In this document: in pieces, positions 59,265-62,544 of the stretch | Layout: every line of letters starts with the position of its first letter | How positions within the stretch are numbered: the first letter of the stretch is position 1 | Source: Pseudomonadota bacterium | GTDB taxonomy: Bacteria > Bdellovibrionota_C > UBA2361 > OMII01 | Reading direction: 5' to 3' | DNA length: 62,544 nucleotides | Assembly (NCBI GenBank): GCA_038134595.1 | Contig: JAYPVM010000014.1 | Span: forward strand, 1-62,544 | Notes under the pieces: generated by a model | Databases searched by the model: none | Seen by the model: the letters and a program-made list of their open reading frames with translations, nothing else | Told to the model about the DNA's origin: nothing | Made by a program: the position numbers and the translations under genes

Positions 59265-60638
59265 TCACCGAGGACAATTCTTAAACATCTCCGTAGCGAA
59301 CACTTTCCGCGTAGCGTGTTCCACAACAGGTTCTGGATAATTTGTGACTCTACCCGTCGTAGCTTCGCTCAGGGTGTGAATAGCTTTCTTTGAAAGGTCT
59401 GCTAGTTCAGGCACCCATTTTTTTATGTACTCACATTCTGGATCAAAGCGCTTTTGTTGTAACCACGGATTAAAGATACGAAAGTACGGCTGAGCGTCAC
59501 ACCCTGTAGAAGCTGCCCACTGCCAGCTTCCGTTGTTCACACAAGGATCATAGTCAGTAAGATATTGCGCGAAGAACTCTTCTCCCCTTCGCCAATCGAT
59601 GTGTAGATCTTTTACCAAAAAACTAGCCACAATCATTCGAACACGATTGTGCATAAACCCTGTTGCGCGAAGTTCTCTGATGCCAGCATCAACGATAGGA
59701 AACCCTGTGTGGCCAGTAGACCATGCTGTCCAGAGATCTTCGTCATCAATCCATTCAAGATTGTCGTAGTGTCTGTGGAAACAGCCGCCGAATACGTGCG
59801 GAAAATGCCAAGCGATATGGGTAAAAAAGTCACGCCAGTAAAGTTCCCTAATTAGAGTATGACTACTACCGAGGTTGGAGCTGATAGTGTGATAGGCTTC
59901 TCGAATAGAGATGGTTCCAAACTTATTATGGGGAGCAAGCTTGGTGGTGCCCGCAATGGCTGGAAGATTTCTTTGATCATCGTAGTTTTTATACTGAGCG
60001 ATGTTCTTAAGTATAATGCCGGCCTGAGAACGACCCCCTTTGCTAATTCGCTCCGGAGAAGCGTCATCAGGCCAAAAGGAGCGTGGATCAATTGCACCGA
60101 TGGAGCTTGCAAGGTTGGAGAACGCTCCTTTTGTTTTCTTGACAGGTATTGGCACAGGAATCTGAGAAGCCTTCTTGTAAAATGGCGTGTACACTGTATA
60201 GGGATTACCATCTGCTTTTCCGAACTCACAAGGGTCAACAAGAAGTGCATCGTGTGCATGATGGGTTGCTACCCCTAGTTCTTTTCCTAATTCTTCCAGC
60301 CTAGCATCTCGCTTTCGACTAAAGGGAGAGTAGTCTCTGTTCCAAAAAATAGCGTCGATGTCGAGTTCTTTTACAAGATGCCGAAGAACAGATTCAATCT
60401 CTCCGTGACAAAAGAGCATCTTTCCGCCTGCCTTGCCGACGCTTTCGGCTAGCTCCTCAAGGCTTTCTATCATGAACGCCAAACCGTTTTTACTTCGATA
60501 GCGGTGTTCAGTAACCTGTGCGTCGTTAAAGATAAAGCATGGGACAACTTCCTCAGATTTGCCAAGCGCCTCGAAGAGAGCGGTGTTGTCAATGATCCGT
60601 AAATCTCGCCGAAAGATGTGAAGGGAGCGTTTATACAT
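59265..60638 (-). CDS. phr: Deoxyribodipyrimidine (CPD) photolyase
   Basis: FRRDLRI.DN, LYWRDFF, TGFPIVDAG, MHNRVRMIVASFL, WQWAASTG, RIFNP. Confidence 0.95.
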   Translation of the reverse strand: MYKRSLHIFRRDLRIIDNTALFEALGKSEEVVPCFIFNDAQVTEHRYRSKNGLAFMIESLEELAESVGKAGGKMLFCHGEIESVLRHLVKELDIDAIFWNRDYSPFSRKRDARLEELGKELGVATHHAHDALLVDPCEFGKADGNPYTVYTPFYKKASQIPVPIPVKKTKGAFSNLASSIGAIDPRSFWPDDASPERISKGGRSQAGIILKNIAQYKNYDDQRNLPAIAGTTKLAPHNKFGTISIREAYHTISSNLGSSHTLIRELYWRDFFTHIAWHFPHVFGGCFHRHYDNLEWIDDEDLWTAWSTGHTGFPIVDAGIRELRATGFMHNRVRMIVASFLVKDLHIDWRRGEEFFAQYLTDYDPCVNNGSWQWAASTGCDAQPYFRIFNPWLQQKRFDPECEYIKKWVPELADLSKKAIHTLSEATTGRVTNYPEPVVEHATRKVFATEMFKNCPR

Positions 60639-60649
60639 ACAAAATTTTC

Positions 60650-62197
60650 CTACAGATTCTCTATATTCGAGAGTACATGAGCTGCTTTCGTGCGTATAGC
60701 TTCTTTATCCTCCGAACTCATCTTCTTTAAGAGTTGATAACCCATACCGATTCGTGGATTCTTTGATAGGGTCTCCTCATGCCGCATTAAAAAATCCCAA
60801 TAGAGGGAATTAAATGGACAACCTTTGTCTTCGAATTTCTCTTTGTGGTTGTAGAAGCACCCAGAGCAGTAATTTGACATCTTGTTAATATACGCCCCAC
60901 TTGACATGTACGGCTTAGTACCGACAATACCACCATCTGCATACTGGCTCATGCCCCGTGTGTTGGGAAGCTGCACCCACTGGAGTGCATCGATATAGAT
61001 TCCAAGATACCATTCGTCTACCTCATCGGGATTTATACCTGTGAGAAGCGCAAAATTACCGGTTACCATCAACCGCTGAATGTGATGGGCGTAGCTCTCC
61101 TCTAGGGATTGCTTCACAGCGTGTTTCACGCAGTTCATCTTGGTATCGGCATCCCAAAAGTAATGGGGTAGGGGGGTCGTGGCGTTTAGAGCATTGAGAG
61201 ATTCGTATTCGGGCATATGAGTCCAATACACGCCACGCATAAATTCTCGCCATCCTGCAATCTGTCGGACAAAGCCTTCGATTTGAGCCAGCGAGATCGC
61301 ACCATCACTCTTCTCAAAAGCGCTTATTGCCGCCTTAATTACCTCATCAGGTGACAGATGTTTTACGTTAAGCGAGAACGAAAGCCGACTGTGATACAAA
61401 AATGCATGGTCAGTATGCATCGCATCTTGATAGAGCCCAAAGAGGGGTAATAAATGCTTGCAGAAATAGGAAAGAGTCTCTATTGCTTCCTCTCTGGTGA
61501 TTGGCCACGGGAATGCTGCAGGCTTAATAGAGCCTAGATATGGAATCTTTTGCTTCTCGATCATAGTGACAATTGGAGTCACATCCTGTGAAAGCTCATA
61601 GGAGGCAGGTGGGGTATGACCTTTGGGGAGTTTTTTCCGATTTTCTGCATCGAAGTTCCAGCGCCCTCCGAGTGGAGAGCCGTCCTCCATCAGGTACCCT
61701 CGCTCGCTTCGCACAGCGCGGTAGAAACTCTCCATGACATAGCGTTTCTTCCCCTTAAAGAGTTTGGCGAAAAATTCGGGAGTTGTCAGAAAATGCTCTG
61801 ACGAAACACACTCTACGGGAATCTTTAAATTATCGTGTAGATCTTCAAAGGCTTTTTTGACCCGATACTCATCGGGAGCTTGGTATTGAACCTTGTGGTA
61901 CTCGCCCGTTGCGACAAGCCTTTTAATTTCTCCGCAAAGTGAATGCGAATTCTGCGGATCATCAAGAGGGACGTAGCGAACAGAAACTCCCAAGTCTTTG
62001 AGTGTTTCTGAAAAAGCCCTCATTGAGGCAAAAAATGCCACGAGCTTTTGAATATGGTGCCTGACGTAGGAAGCCTCCTCGCGCACCTCCACCATCAGCA
62101 CGTCAAAGGTCTTTTTATCCTCCATGTACCAAGAATGAGAGGCATTCAGTTGGTCGCCTAAAACTATTCGTAGGATCTTCTTGTTTGATGTTGTCAT
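60650..62197 (-). CDS. FeS-cluster bacterial cryptochrome/(6-4) photolyase (FeS-BCP family)
   Basis: LGDQL, HHIQK, GGRWNFDAENR, YAHHIQRLM, and four Cys (MNCV, YCSGC, GCPF). Confidence 0.93.
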   Translation of the reverse strand: MTTSNKKILRIVLGDQLNASHSWYMEDKKTFDVLMVEVREEASYVRHHIQKLVAFFASMRAFSETLKDLGVSVRYVPLDDPQNSHSLCGEIKRLVATGEYHKVQYQAPDEYRVKKAFEDLHDNLKIPVECVSSEHFLTTPEFFAKLFKGKKRYVMESFYRAVRSERGYLMEDGSPLGGRWNFDAENRKKLPKGHTPPASYELSQDVTPIVTMIEKQKIPYLGSIKPAAFPWPITREEAIETLSYFCKHLLPLFGLYQDAMHTDHAFLYHSRLSFSLNVKHLSPDEVIKAAISAFEKSDGAISLAQIEGFVRQIAGWREFMRGVYWTHMPEYESLNALNATTPLPHYFWDADTKMNCVKHAVKQSLEESYAHHIQRLMVTGNFALLTGINPDEVDEWYLGIYIDALQWVQLPNTRGMSQYADGGIVGTKPYMSSGAYINKMSNYCSGCFYNHKEKFEDKGCPFNSLYWDFLMRHEETLSKNPRIGMGYQLLKKMSSEDKEAIRTKAAHVLSNIENL

Positions 62198-62355
62198 TTT
62201 TCTTGGTTGGCCCCGACTTTTTTAGTCGCCTGTCGGCAGCGGTCGCTGCAGTATAGCACACTGTGCCAGGTGTTGCGCCATTTCTTACGCCATGAGAAGG
62301 GTTTGTGGCATATAGCGCATATCTTTGTCGGGAGTTTTTCTTTGAAGCCTTTCAC
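62194..62355 (-). CDS. DUF2256 small zinc-finger-like protein (53 aa, not in the ORF track)
   Basis: GTG 62355; translates MKGFKEKLPTKICAICHKPFSWRKKWRNTWHSVLYCSDRCRQATKKVGANQEK*; stop overlaps the photolyase ATG (ATGA). Confidence 0.9.
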   Translation of the reverse strand: MKGFKEKLPTKICAICHKPFSWRKKWRNTWHSVLYCSDRCRQATKKVGANQEK

Positions 62356-62544
62356 GTAGCGCACGTCCAATTATTTTTACGACCATGTCAACTGAGTAGG
62401 GGCTCTGAGGAATAAACCTGGGTGTCTAGTTGTTGTCGAATTTCGTAGGTCATGAAAAATTTCGGGTAGTCACCATCATTTAGCAATTTACCAAAACGCT
62501 AGACATTTTCCTAGTTATTGGATTCTTCAATCGGATTTCGCCAA

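Overview
Bacterial DNA of moderate GC with about 45 plausible genes. I recognised no rRNA, tRNA, CRISPR array or transposase, and the taxon cannot be assigned from sequence alone. The centrepiece (35.0-39.4 kb) is a complete plasmid-type replication/partition locus: a RepA-like initiator, an AT-rich tract, about 10 degenerate iteron-like repeats (core CACGA, mostly phased at ~22 bp), parA, parB, a terminator and five copies of a non-canonical 17-bp parS-like palindrome TGTCCCAC-G-GTGGGACA. By eye, the strand composition flips from C/A-rich to G/T-rich at this locus. Housekeeping genes (folC, a polyprenyl synthase, metG) follow it, so the window looks like the active origin of a chromid or chromosome-like replicon rather than a small plasmid. 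Left of the origin: a glycosylation cluster (methyltransferase, GT2, four GT-C-like membrane proteins), a divergent sigma-70 factor, a secreted serpin, a J-domain protein, an FGE-sulfatase-fold surface protein, a metallophosphoesterase, an ArsR-ABC-HlyD-TolC export operon, an MsbA-like ABC exporter, an HD protein, a phage-like ATP-dependent DNA ligase, a possible toxin/immunity pair and an EamA transporter with an in-frame TAG. Right of the origin: FAA hydrolase, SPFH proteins, SDR, an FMN-dependent alpha-hydroxy-acid dehydrogenase, a secreted protein with an FrpC self-processing-module-like domain, a GH13 enzyme and a DUF2256-(6-4)-CPD photolyase operon. A ~190-bp MITE-like hairpin element occurs twice. 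All product calls come from motif recognition, not database searches.
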